Of a stretch of 64,000 nt of DNA, positions 18,262 to 27,034 are shown one piece after another. Each line of letters begins with the position of its first letter. The first letter of the stretch is position 1. Under the pieces are notes generated by a model. That model was not told where the DNA came from. It was given only the letters and a program-made list of their open reading frames with translations, and made no database searches. A program made the position numbers and the translations under genes. This DNA is from Microgenomates group bacterium Gr01-1014_5. GTDB lineage: Bacteria > Patescibacteriota > Microgenomatia > UBA8517 > UBA10165. The stretch is taken from positions 6,431 to 70,430 of the forward strand of contig VMGE01000004.1 in assembly GCA_007376395.1 (NCBI GenBank), read 5' to 3'.

Positions 18262-19803
18262 ATGTCATCGACTTATTACTTGAAGTATCGTCCGCAAAGA
18301 ATTTCTGAACTTGATCTTGAAAGTGTCCGTGGTCAGCTGCAAAAGATTGTTTCTTCCGGGCGCATGCCGCACGCGTTTTTGTTTCCCGGTCCCCGCGGCG
18401 CAGGTAAAACTTCAACCGCCAGGATTTTAGCGAAAGTGCTCAACTGTGAGCACTTAGAACAAAGTTACGAACCCTGTAACGAGTGCTCTCAGTGCAAGGA
18501 AATAACACGCGGCGCAAGTTTGGATGTGGTCGAAATAGACGCCGCTTCAAACCGCGGAGTTGACGACATCCGCTCTCTTCGCGAAACAGTCAAGCTTGCC
18601 CCAATCGGAGCAAAGAAAAAGGTTTATATCATTGACGAAGCTCACATGTTAACTACTGAAGCGGCAAATGCTTTATTGAAAACTCTTGAAGAGCCGCCCT
18701 CCCACGCAGTTTTTATTTTAGCGACAACTGCGCCTGAGAAACTTTTAGATACTATCCGTTCCAGGTGTACGACTATTTCTTTCTATAAAGGGAAAGAAGC
18801 AGAAATTATCCGGGCGCTTAAAAAGGTTGTAGAGGGTGAAAAGTTAGAGATTAACGAGGAGGCTTTGACTGAAATTGCCCGCGGGGTTGACGGTAGTTTT
18901 CGCGAAGCTCATAAGATTCTTGAGCAATTGTCATTCACAAAAGGCGCGATTACACAGGAAGCTGTGCGCGGGCTTACACAAGAGAATTTTGCCGACCCCG
19001 CGACTTTACTCGCGCTTCTTGCCAAAAAAGAAACCAAAGCCGCGCTTTCCGAGGTTGATGATTTGGTCAATAAAGGGATAAACCTTAAAACTTATTTAAC
19101 AGGCGCCATGGCAGTATTGCGTAAATCTCTTTTAACAAAAATGGGGGCAATAGAAGACGTGGTTATCGAAGGTTTGGAAGTTCGAGATCACCAAGTTTTG
19201 ATTGAGTATCTTACGGACGCGGCACGGCTTTATCCGACTGCTCTTATTCCGCAACTGCCTTTGGAGATTGCGGTGGTGAAGTGGTGTGTGGGAGGTAAAG
19301 AGAAGTTAGAAGTTAGAAGCGAGAAGCTAGAGGAAGAAGTGGGAAGTGGGAAAGAAAAAAAAGAGGTATCAGAAATATCCCACGTCTCACCTCGAAACGA
19401 AGTGATTCCCACGTCCCAAGTCACACCTCTCATGTCCAAACTCAGCCCATCTGAGTTGGACAATCTCTGGCCGCAGATTATGAAACTTACAAAGGAAAAG
19501 AATCATTCCGTGGAAGCCTTGTTGCGCGCGGCGCGCCCGACTGCGTTTGACGGAAAGTTTTTACAAATCGAAGTTTTTTATAAATTTCATAAGGAACGTT
19601 TAGAAAAAGAGCCTTACAGAACTTTAGTCGAAGAGGTTGCCGCCAGTCTCTTGGGAGGACCTTTAAGACTGACCTGTGTTTTAACAGAAGGACAAAAACG
19701 GGCGGCAGATGTGCGGAATGTGACAACCCCCGAAGACGAAGAATTGGCAAAACTCGCAGAAGATATTTTCAACACTGCGTCCGGCAACGGTAAGATTCAT
19801 TAA
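18262..19803 (+). CDS. dnaX: DNA polymerase III gamma/tau
   Basis: KYRPQ, GPRGAGKTS, EIDAASNRGVDDIR, DEAHML, TIRSRC. Confidence 0.97.
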   Translation: MSSTYYLKYRPQRISELDLESVRGQLQKIVSSGRMPHAFLFPGPRGAGKTSTARILAKVLNCEHLEQSYEPCNECSQCKEITRGASLDVVEIDAASNRGVDDIRSLRETVKLAPIGAKKKVYIIDEAHMLTTEAANALLKTLEEPPSHAVFILATTAPEKLLDTIRSRCTTISFYKGKEAEIIRALKKVVEGEKLEINEEALTEIARGVDGSFREAHKILEQLSFTKGAITQEAVRGLTQENFADPATLLALLAKKETKAALSEVDDLVNKGINLKTYLTGAMAVLRKSLLTKMGAIEDVVIEGLEVRDHQVLIEYLTDAARLYPTALIPQLPLEIAVVKWCVGGKEKLEVRSEKLEEEVGSGKEKKEVSEISHVSPRNEVIPTSQVTPLMSKLSPSELDNLWPQIMKLTKEKNHSVEALLRAARPTAFDGKFLQIEVFYKFHKERLEKEPYRTLVEEVAASLLGGPLRLTCVLTEGQKRAADVRNVTTPEDEELAKLAEDIFNTASGNGKIH

Positions 19804-19855
19804 AAATTGTAAATTGAAAATTAAAAATTCCCAAATTATGTTATAATTTGGGCAT

Positions 19856-20081
19856 ATGTTTCAAAAGATGCAGCAAGCCAAACAGCTTTGGGATTTACGC
19901 AACAAAGCTATGGCGATGCAAAAAGCGCTCGCGCAGGAATTTGTCACTATTGAGAATTGACGGAACGGAAAACCGCAATGTCGCAGAAGCGGTGAACGAG
20001 GCCATTAAAGAGTCGCAGAAAATCGCCGCTAAAAAAATCCAAGAAATGGGTGGAGGGTTAGGCGGATTGCTGGGAGGTTAA
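19856..20081 (+). pseudogene. ybaB: YbaB/EbfC nucleoid-associated protein, internal deletion and frameshift near 19955
   Basis: MFQKMQQAKQLWDLRNKAMAMQKALAQEFVTIE then other frame IDGTENRNVAEAVNEAIKESQKIAAKKIQEMGGGLGG; between dnaX and recR. Confidence 0.85.
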
Positions 20082-20102
20082 TTAAAATAGCGCGTGGTAG
20101 CA

Positions 20103-20396
20103 ATGACTGAACTAGCTGAAGGAGTTAAAAGGACACCTTTGCCTGCCGGGACGTGTATCAGTACCGGGCCGGATTTTGATGGAATGCCTCTTGAGCGCCT
20201 ACCTGAAAATGCAGTTTTAGTGCATATTGATAATGGTAAACGTCCGGCCAGAGATGGCCGAGGTAGGGGTATTTGGTTTTATGGAGAAATCGAATCTCCG
20301 CCGGAGTTGAGAAATTCATATCCGGGTAAGGTTTGGGCTCGCTTGGAGGTAAAAAAAGGCAGGCAAGGTGGGCACTGGCGCGGTTCTAATGTATAA
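20103..20396 (+). CDS. Hypothetical protein
   Basis: ORF inserted between ybaB and recR. Confidence 0.5.
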   Translation: MTELAEGVKRTPLPAGTCISTGPDFDGMPLERLPENAVLVHIDNGKRPARDGRGRGIWFYGEIESPPELRNSYPGKVWARLEVKKGRQGGHWRGSNV

Positions 20397-20404
20397 TTTG
20401 AACA

Positions 20405-21028
20405 ATGCGCATTCCCCAAGCCATAAAGCGTTTAATTGAAGCCTTCGAGAAACTTCCCGGCATAGGTCCAAAAACGGCACAGCGTTTAACTTTTTATCTT
20501 CTGCATGTTCCCCAAGGACAATTGGAAGGTTTTGCCGAAGCTTTAGCGAGCCTTAAGAAAAATACAGTTCTTTGTTCTGTCTGTAAAAATGTGGGTGAGA
20601 CAGACCCGTGTTCAGTATGTGCCAACTCTGCGCGGGATCACAGTACGATTATGGTTGTTGAACAGCCGTTAGACCTATTGGCTCTTGAGCGGACAGGTAA
20701 ATATCATGGTGTTTATCATGTTTTGCATGGCGCGATTAATCCAATGGATAATATCGGCCCTGATGAGATATTTATCGGGAAGTTAATTGAGAGAACTAGA
20801 GAATTAAGTGAATCAACCCCAAATATCGAAATAATCCTTGCTACCAATCCAACAATGGAAGGCGAGGCCACAGCAATGTATATAAAAAAACAGCTTCAAG
20901 AACTGGAAAATGGACATTGGAAATTGGAAATTTCCCGTCTGGGCGTTGGGTTGCCGACCGGAGCGGATTTAGAATACGCAGACGAAACAACACTAATGCG
21001 GTCAATAGAAGGACGAAGAATTTTTTAA
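20405..21028 (+). CDS. recR: Recombination mediator RecR
   Basis: LPGIGPKTAQRL, C4 finger, YHVLHG, ATNPTMEGEATA. Confidence 0.98.
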   Translation: MRIPQAIKRLIEAFEKLPGIGPKTAQRLTFYLLHVPQGQLEGFAEALASLKKNTVLCSVCKNVGETDPCSVCANSARDHSTIMVVEQPLDLLALERTGKYHGVYHVLHGAINPMDNIGPDEIFIGKLIERTRELSESTPNIEIILATNPTMEGEATAMYIKKQLQELENGHWKLEISRLGVGLPTGADLEYADETTLMRSIEGRRIF

Positions 21029-21031
21029 AAT

Positions 21032-21484
21032 ATGCAACCGACTGCCAAAAAACCTAAAGATAAAAAAAGAATATACACACAAAATCCTTTCGAGGAACCT
21101 CTAAAGATTTTAGAAGAGGCAGGAAAACAACTTTCTGGAGATTATTCTCCTGCGAACCAGCAAGAACAGCAAACAGAAAATACATCAGCGGTAGATCATG
21201 CTGCAATTAAAAAACGCGAACAGAGACATTATCAGACTTTCCAAAACGAACTAATCGAAATTAGAAACATTCAAAAAGAGAGAGAACAAGAGCGTCAACA
21301 ATTGAGGGTGCAGGAAGAACGGCAAAAACAGATGCAAGAAGAACAGAAAAAGAAAAAAGAACAAGAAGGGCTAATTGAACCAATTACCCGCAAGGCAAGA
21401 GGAATGCTCGGGGGTGCAGGGGCAATGCTGGGGGTTAAAAGAAAACAGCGAAGCACAGAATTGGTAAAAACGCCGAGCAACTAG
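21032..21484 (+). CDS. Hypothetical coiled-coil protein
   Basis: Q/E/K-rich ORF in operon. Confidence 0.7.
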   Translation: MQPTAKKPKDKKRIYTQNPFEEPLKILEEAGKQLSGDYSPANQQEQQTENTSAVDHAAIKKREQRHYQTFQNELIEIRNIQKEREQERQQLRVQEERQKQMQEEQKKKKEQEGLIEPITRKARGMLGGAGAMLGVKRKQRSTELVKTPSN

Positions 21485-21514
21485 AGACTAGAGATTGGAG
21501 GTTAGAGGCTAGAC
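21481..21514 (+). repeat. Left heptamer arm of four-helix-bundle cassette 1
   Basis: ctagaga ctagaga ttggagg ttagagg ctagac. Confidence 0.85.
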
Positions 21515-21874
21515 ATGGCAGTTGATTTTACAGAGCTAAGAGTTTGGCAGATTGCACATAAACTAACTATCGATATTTATCTTCTTACAAAGAAGTTCCC
21601 TAAAGAAGAAATCTACGGACTAATTAGCCAACTTAGGAGGGCGGCGGTTTCTGTGGAAGCTAATATTGCAGAAAGTCATGGACGGTTTCATTCGGCTGAT
21701 ATTGTCAGATTTTTACTAGATTCTCGAGGGTCTATATATGAAGTTCAAAGCCTACTAATGATATCCCAAGACGTGGGCTATTGCACGAGTCACAGTACAG
21801 ACGCTTTGTTGAAACAGTATTCAGATCTTGCGAAACAAGTTAACAGTTTAATTAGATACAAAAGAAACAATTAA
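21515..21874 (+). CDS. Four helix bundle protein (23S rRNA IVP/Avd-like)
   Basis: FTELRVWQ, FPKEEIYGLISQLRRAAVSVEANIAE, RGSIYEVQS. Confidence 0.93.
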   Translation: MAVDFTELRVWQIAHKLTIDIYLLTKKFPKEEIYGLISQLRRAAVSVEANIAESHGRFHSADIVRFLLDSRGSIYEVQSLLMISQDVGYCTSHSTDALLKQYSDLAKQVNSLIRYKRNN

Positions 21875-21888
21875 AACAAGTTCTGAGT

Positions 21889-21921
21889 AATCCAGCCTCC
21901 AGTCTCTAGTAGTCTAATCTC
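21889..21921 (-). repeat. Right (inverted) heptamer arm of cassette 1
   Basis: aatccag cctccag tctctag t agtctaa tctc; reverse complement of CTGGAGG/CTAGAGA units. Confidence 0.8.
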
Positions 21922-21944
21922 ATCTGTTGTACAATTAGCTTCAG

Positions 21945-23363
21945 ATGATTACTCTCTACAACAGCCTAACTCGCTCCAAAGAGGAATTTACTCCCATAAA
22001 TCCTCCTCACGTTTCGCTCTATACTTGTGGGCCGACGGTTTATGATTATCAGCATATTGGAAACTGGCGGACCTTTGTTTTTGAGGATATCCTGCGCCGG
22101 ACTTTAGAGAAAAACAACTACAAAGTTAACCATGTAATGAATGCAACAGACGTAGGGCACTTGTCAGGCGACAACTTGGGAGACGCCGACACAGGTGAGG
22201 ATAAAATGGAAAAAGGGGCTAAGCGCGAGAAGAAAAACGTTTGGGATGTGGCCCAATTTTATTTGGATGACTTTGTTCAAACCCGCGAATGGCTAAATAT
22301 TCTTCCTCCGGCAAAGTTTGTCCGCGCAACTGAATTTATTCAAGAACAAATCGCGCTAATCCAAAAACTGCTGGACAAGGATTTAGCCTACGAAACCGAG
22401 ACAGGCGTGTTTTTCAGTGTTGACAGCTATCCTGAGTATGGGAAACTATCAGGACAAAAGTTGGTTGATAAAAGGGTGGCTTCAAGAGAGGAAGTAGAAG
22501 AAGACAAATTAAAGAAAAACCCTGCCGATTTTGCGCTTTGGTTTAAGACAGTCGGTAAATTTGCAGACCACCAAATGCGCTGGCCTGCTCCTTGGGGAGA
22601 AGGGTTTCCGGGATGGCACATTGAATGTTCGGCTATGGCTATGAGTTTGTTGGGGGAACAAATTGATATCCACACAGGAGGCGTTGACCATGTAGCAATT
22701 CATCACACGAATGAAATCGCGCAATCTGAAGGAGCAACGGGTAAGCCTTTTGCTAAATACTGGATGCATGGAGAATTTTTGATGGTTGACGGGGGGCGTA
22801 TGGGAAAATCTTTAGGCAACGCTTATACGTTACACGACATTAAAGGAAAGGGCTTTGACCTTTTAGCTTTGCGCTATTTATATCTTGGGGCACATTACAG
22901 AGATAAATTAAACTTTACTTGGGATTCTCTAGAGGCTGCGCAAACGGCGCTGGTAAGGCTAAGAAATCAGTTCATAGCGCACAGCGAACAGCGTATAGGT
23001 GTGGAAGCAACTTCAGATACGGGAAAGATGTATTTACAAAAATTTATGGATGCTATAAATAACGATTTAAACACACCCCAAGCTTTAGCTGTCGTTTGGG
23101 AAGCTGTAAAAAGCGACTTACCTCAAGAAGCAAAAAGATCTTTACTGCTCGGTTTTGATAAAGTACTGGGGCTAGGACTGGAGACAGAAATAGTGACGGA
23201 AGCAGAAACCTCCCAGGAAGTACAAGAGCTGGTAAGCGCGCGGGAAGAGGCGCGCAGAGAGGGGGATTTTGCAAAAGCGGATCAGGTTCGACAACGCCTT
23301 GAAAATTTGGGTTATACAGTAAAAGATACTAAGTCCGGACCGCTGGTTGTACCGAAGGTCTAG
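21945..23363 (+). CDS. cysS: Cysteine-tRNA ligase
   Basis: CGPTVYD..HIGN, PGWHIECSAM, HTNEIAQ, RMGKSLGN. Confidence 0.98.
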   Translation: MITLYNSLTRSKEEFTPINPPHVSLYTCGPTVYDYQHIGNWRTFVFEDILRRTLEKNNYKVNHVMNATDVGHLSGDNLGDADTGEDKMEKGAKREKKNVWDVAQFYLDDFVQTREWLNILPPAKFVRATEFIQEQIALIQKLLDKDLAYETETGVFFSVDSYPEYGKLSGQKLVDKRVASREEVEEDKLKKNPADFALWFKTVGKFADHQMRWPAPWGEGFPGWHIECSAMAMSLLGEQIDIHTGGVDHVAIHHTNEIAQSEGATGKPFAKYWMHGEFLMVDGGRMGKSLGNAYTLHDIKGKGFDLLALRYLYLGAHYRDKLNFTWDSLEAAQTALVRLRNQFIAHSEQRIGVEATSDTGKMYLQKFMDAINNDLNTPQALAVVWEAVKSDLPQEAKRSLLLGFDKVLGLGLETEIVTEAETSQEVQELVSAREEARREGDFAKADQVRQRLENLGYTVKDTKSGPLVVPKV

Positions 23364-23916
23364 CCTTTTGTATGACTACTACTTCTGCTATGAACCTATA
23401 ACCTTTCCCGAGTACCGTTACAATAATATCTTCTGGTAGACCAAACTCTTCAAGTTTCCTTCTTAAATGATGAATACTTGTCTTAATATTTTGTTCAGAA
23501 GAAGAGAACCCAGCGTCATTAAGTGCGCACCTAACATTGTCGTGGGTGGCAATATTTCCTTGTTTAGAGATAATAGCTGAGAAGAATACTGAGAGTCGAT
23601 TCGTAAGAGTAAAACGCCCTTCCGGTGTGTTGATAGTTCTGATTTCAGGATAATATGCGCTGTCTAGAAATTGATAGACTGCGCCTGAAGATAAAGGCTC
23701 TTTTCCTGTGTTTGTTGTTTTTAGACGCACCTCCTTCGGTGTAAACACGCCGAGTTCCACAAGACCTTGTCCCATCGTGTTAACGAAATCTGCATAGGTT
23801 ATTTTTCCGTTAGATCCCCTTAGACCTGGTACCTCATTAACCGCCTCGTAACATCTCTCTATCAACCTTTTAACGTATTCGTAATATGCTTCCGTTTTTT
23901 CCCGTTCTGTTATCAT
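23329..23916 (-). CDS. OmpR/PhoB-type winged-helix protein without receiver
   Basis: IKTSIHHLRRKL...IVTVLGKGYRF. Confidence 0.7.
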   Translation of the reverse strand: MITEREKTEAYYEYVKRLIERCYEAVNEVPGLRGSNGKITYADFVNTMGQGLVELGVFTPKEVRLKTTNTGKEPLSSGAVYQFLDSAYYPEIRTINTPEGRFTLTNRLSVFFSAIISKQGNIATHDNVRCALNDAGFSSSEQNIKTSIHHLRRKLEEFGLPEDIIVTVLGKGYRFIAEVVVIQKARPSVQPAVRT

Positions 23917-23989
23917 GTTGGGTATTATATCAAAAGGTAGCGTTTTGCGCACCTTTTTGTGTGCTACAATCAGTTAAAGCCCTGCCTAT

Positions 23990-24625
23990 ATGCAAGAGTT
24001 CTTTTGGAAGCACGACGCCTCAATAAAGTCTGTTTTTGTAGTTATTCTTCTTGTCTTAGTGATGTGGATTGTTAGTTTGCAAAGCCAGCTGACCTTTGTT
24101 CCTGCAACACCTCCCGAAGTAATTACAAATGACGTTTGCGGGGAAGATTGCAAGAAGACGATACAAGAAATTGTTACAGAGTCAGTCTCGTCGATTTCTG
24201 CCTCGCCGAAAATTGTTTATGCAATTCCAAAACAAACCGGTAATCAGCAAAAAGTAACTTATAACCAGCAGGTTACATATATTCCAATTCCCGGAGGGTT
24301 TTCAACCCGTTTAACAGAATGGTCGGACGTGGCGCGATCCGAGGTTTATATCGATCTTGCGGAGTATTCCAGCGAGCCATATATTGACTGGGAAGCAACG
24401 GTAAGAGCAGTGAGCGGCAATATACAGGTACGTTTGTTTGACGTGACACACACGATCGCTGTGGGGGAAAGCGAAATAAAAAGTGTCTCCAGTACCTTTA
24501 CCACTATTTCTTCTGGAAACATAAGTTTGTGGAGAGGTAAAAATTTGTACCGAGTACAGGTAAAATCATTGGACGGATCCGAAGTTTTCTTCGATTCAGG
24601 GAGAATAAAAATAGTTTCAAAATAG
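23990..24625 (+). CDS. Hypothetical membrane-anchored protein
   Basis: N-terminal TM, CGEDC, beta-rich C-terminus. Confidence 0.75.
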   Translation: MQEFFWKHDASIKSVFVVILLVLVMWIVSLQSQLTFVPATPPEVITNDVCGEDCKKTIQEIVTESVSSISASPKIVYAIPKQTGNQQKVTYNQQVTYIPIPGGFSTRLTEWSDVARSEVYIDLAEYSSEPYIDWEATVRAVSGNIQVRLFDVTHTIAVGESEIKSVSSTFTTISSGNISLWRGKNLYRVQVKSLDGSEVFFDSGRIKIVSK

Positions 24626-24680
24626 TAAGCAGTGGTCAGTAACCAGTAGTCAGTGAGTTAGTAGTGAATAGAGTGATTAG
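24622..24680 (+). repeat. Left heptamer arm of cassette 2 (NCAGTRR)
   Basis: atagtaa gcagtgg tcagtaa ccagtag tcagtga. Confidence 0.8.
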
Positions 24681-25040
24681 ATGGACAATTTAGAATTTGC
24701 AAAAAGGCTAGAAGTAAGGACAGAACGATTTGCCGATGACGTGTATGTTCTTTGTCGTGCGTTGGAGAAAGTAGATCTAGTTGTAAAAGAAATTATATCT
24801 CAATTAGTAAGGTCAGCAGGTTCTGTAGGATCAAATTACATAGAGGCGAACGAAAGTTTAAGCAGGAAAGACTTTTTTCATAGGATCAGGATATGTCGGA
24901 AAGAGAGCAGAGAATCTCGTTTCTGGCTTAAGAGACTATTAATTTTGTTACCAGAGAAACACACTAAAGAAGTCAATCGCTTAATAAGTGAATCTTCAGA
25001 ATTCATTTTGATTTTTTCTAAAATATTAACTAAAGCATAA
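24681..25040 (+). CDS. Four helix bundle protein (TIGR02436-like)
   Basis: QLVRSAGSVGSNYIEANESLSRKDF, ICRKESRESRFWL. Confidence 0.93.
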   Translation: MDNLEFAKRLEVRTERFADDVYVLCRALEKVDLVVKEIISQLVRSAGSVGSNYIEANESLSRKDFFHRIRICRKESRESRFWLKRLLILLPEKHTKEVNRLISESSEFILIFSKILTKA

Positions 25041-25091
25041 CTGTTTACTTTATTTACTGATTGTTTACTGTTAACTGAATACTGGATACTT
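25038..25091 (-). repeat. Right (inverted) heptamer arm of cassette 2
   Basis: taactgt ... ttactgt taactga atactgg atactt. Confidence 0.8.
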
Positions 25092-25099
25092 TAATACAT

Positions 25100-25753
25100 A
25101 TGAAATACAGTGCTGTTCTTTTTGACCTTGATGGGACAATTTTAGATAACGAGGATGTTTACGGCAAGGCTTTTGCCGCTGTTTTTAATAAACATAAAAT
25201 TCCGCCTCTTGATAGCGAATACCCGCACACTCCGGGAATCGGCATGGAGGCTAACTGGAAAGCTCTAAAAGAAAAATACGATGAGTTACGCGATGTTTCG
25301 GTTGTACAGCTGGTGCATGAAACCCAAGGAGAGTATCACGACAGAATTAGAGACGTGGTTATCCGTCCCGGATTTTTTGAATTCCACCAAGCATTAATTG
25401 ACAAAGAGGTTGTTGTGGCTCTGGCGACCTCAAACGACTGGTGGCTGGTCGAGGACGAATTGGACGACCTGGATTTACACCGGTATTTTGAAACAATTAC
25501 AACAGGTGAAGAGGTCTATGAACGCAAACCTGCGCCCGATATTTTTATTCTTACTGCCCGCAAAATTCACGCCGAACCGGAAGATTGCATTGTTATCGAG
25601 GATTCGCGAGCAGGAGTTAAAGCCGGAAAAGAAGCAGGAATGAAAGTTGTGGTAATCCGCAATTCACACAACACACAAGAAGATTTTTCAAATGCAGATT
25701 TAGTCGTTGAAGGTTTTTACGACCTTAACCCGCAGGTTCTTGAAAATCTTTAA
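25100..25753 (+). CDS. HAD family phosphatase
   Basis: FDLDGT, KPAPDIF, IEDS..G. Confidence 0.92.
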   Translation: MKYSAVLFDLDGTILDNEDVYGKAFAAVFNKHKIPPLDSEYPHTPGIGMEANWKALKEKYDELRDVSVVQLVHETQGEYHDRIRDVVIRPGFFEFHQALIDKEVVVALATSNDWWLVEDELDDLDLHRYFETITTGEEVYERKPAPDIFILTARKIHAEPEDCIVIEDSRAGVKAGKEAGMKVVVIRNSHNTQEDFSNADLVVEGFYDLNPQVLENL

Positions 25754-26943
25754 TCCTCGTCGTCTTCTTCTTGGGTAAATTCAACACCTTTTTTCAAAAA
25801 ATAGTTAAGCGCTCTTTTATTGTTACCCACGATCTCTTTTAAATTTTTAATAACTTGATTTAAAGGCATTAGATTTCTGCGTACATATTTCCCAATAAAA
25901 TTAACCCATATTTTTTGCTCCTCTTCTGTAAATCTGTTGCCAACGAACTCACTGTTTGAGAAAGTAAATTTGAAAGGTATGACTGGAATGAGTTTATTAA
26001 TTCCAACTATGAAAATAGCAGATGCGATGCCGAGTGCCTTAGGCACTTGTCTAGTCTTTTCTTTTGCTAAAAACGCATATCCTGTCGCGGGATTTTTAAA
26101 GACTGTACCAAATTTTTCTGCCAATTTATCGATAAATAAACACAAAAAATCATCTGCGTTATCAACTAGTTTAATAATGCCAGCAAGATCTATTACATCT
26201 TTTATGTCTACGTTAGTGTCTAATTTGTGACAAATTTTAGAAATTGCTCTTAAAACTGGTTCACCAGCTATTACAAATCGCTCTTTGCTGGTTTGATAGT
26301 CCGGAAGAGTCTCAATTAAATAAGTATCAACTTTATTCCAAAGTTCTATCATCGGTGATTCGAAAATATCTCTCTCAACAACGTTTTGAATAATTGCCAT
26401 CAAAGGTTTTTCCTCATTGCTTAAGCCGCTAGAAAAAGATAAGCGTTGAGAGAGATTGCCCGCTTTTTTGACAAACGTTGCGTACCAAACTTTATCCAGG
26501 ATCTCTACAATAACTTCTGTGTCGTTATTTTCAAAAAACTTGATTTGTATGCCTTCTTTGAGCGGTTGTTCGTGGTTTCTCGTAGAAATACGCACGTAGA
26601 CACCACTTAACAAACTATGCACTTTTATTGATTTTGGATCTTTAGCCTTTATTCCGAGCGCATAACACTCGGCTGTAAATTCATTTGTGGAATCTGTCAA
26701 ATTATCTATAATAATTTGCCTGTTAGGATTTCCTGGTTCTCCTAAAAAAATCTTTCCGCTATCTGAGGTAATTTTAATACCTCTTGCTAACATTCCTCCA
26801 AAAATTGCTGCTTGATGTAATTTATCTGCGAGGTCTACAGTTGCTGTTTCTATCCATCCGACAGAGAGAATAGATGCAGGTATTTTTTCGCCCAGCAAAA
26901 CTGCTTCTTGAGGTAAAATGCGCGGACTTCTTTCTGAACTCAT
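25750..26943 (-). CDS. Hypothetical protein
   Basis: 397-aa AT-rich ORF, no motif recognised. Confidence 0.7.
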   Translation of the reverse strand: MSSERSPRILPQEAVLLGEKIPASILSVGWIETATVDLADKLHQAAIFGGMLARGIKITSDSGKIFLGEPGNPNRQIIIDNLTDSTNEFTAECYALGIKAKDPKSIKVHSLLSGVYVRISTRNHEQPLKEGIQIKFFENNDTEVIVEILDKVWYATFVKKAGNLSQRLSFSSGLSNEEKPLMAIIQNVVERDIFESPMIELWNKVDTYLIETLPDYQTSKERFVIAGEPVLRAISKICHKLDTNVDIKDVIDLAGIIKLVDNADDFLCLFIDKLAEKFGTVFKNPATGYAFLAKEKTRQVPKALGIASAIFIVGINKLIPVIPFKFTFSNSEFVGNRFTEEEQKIWVNFIGKYVRRNLMPLNQVIKNLKEIVGNNKRALNYFLKKGVEFTQEEDDED

Positions 26944-27034
26944 GAAGCTATTATATCAATTTTGAAGCCGATAGTAAACTGTTATTTGCAGGTGTTGACA
27001 AAGTCTGATATATAGTTAACAATTGTCTTGTTAA

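Noticed and set aside
21515-25040. Diversity-generating retroelement implied by Avd-like genes
   Set aside because: No reverse transcriptase and no TR/VR pair with adenine-specific mismatches seen in the window
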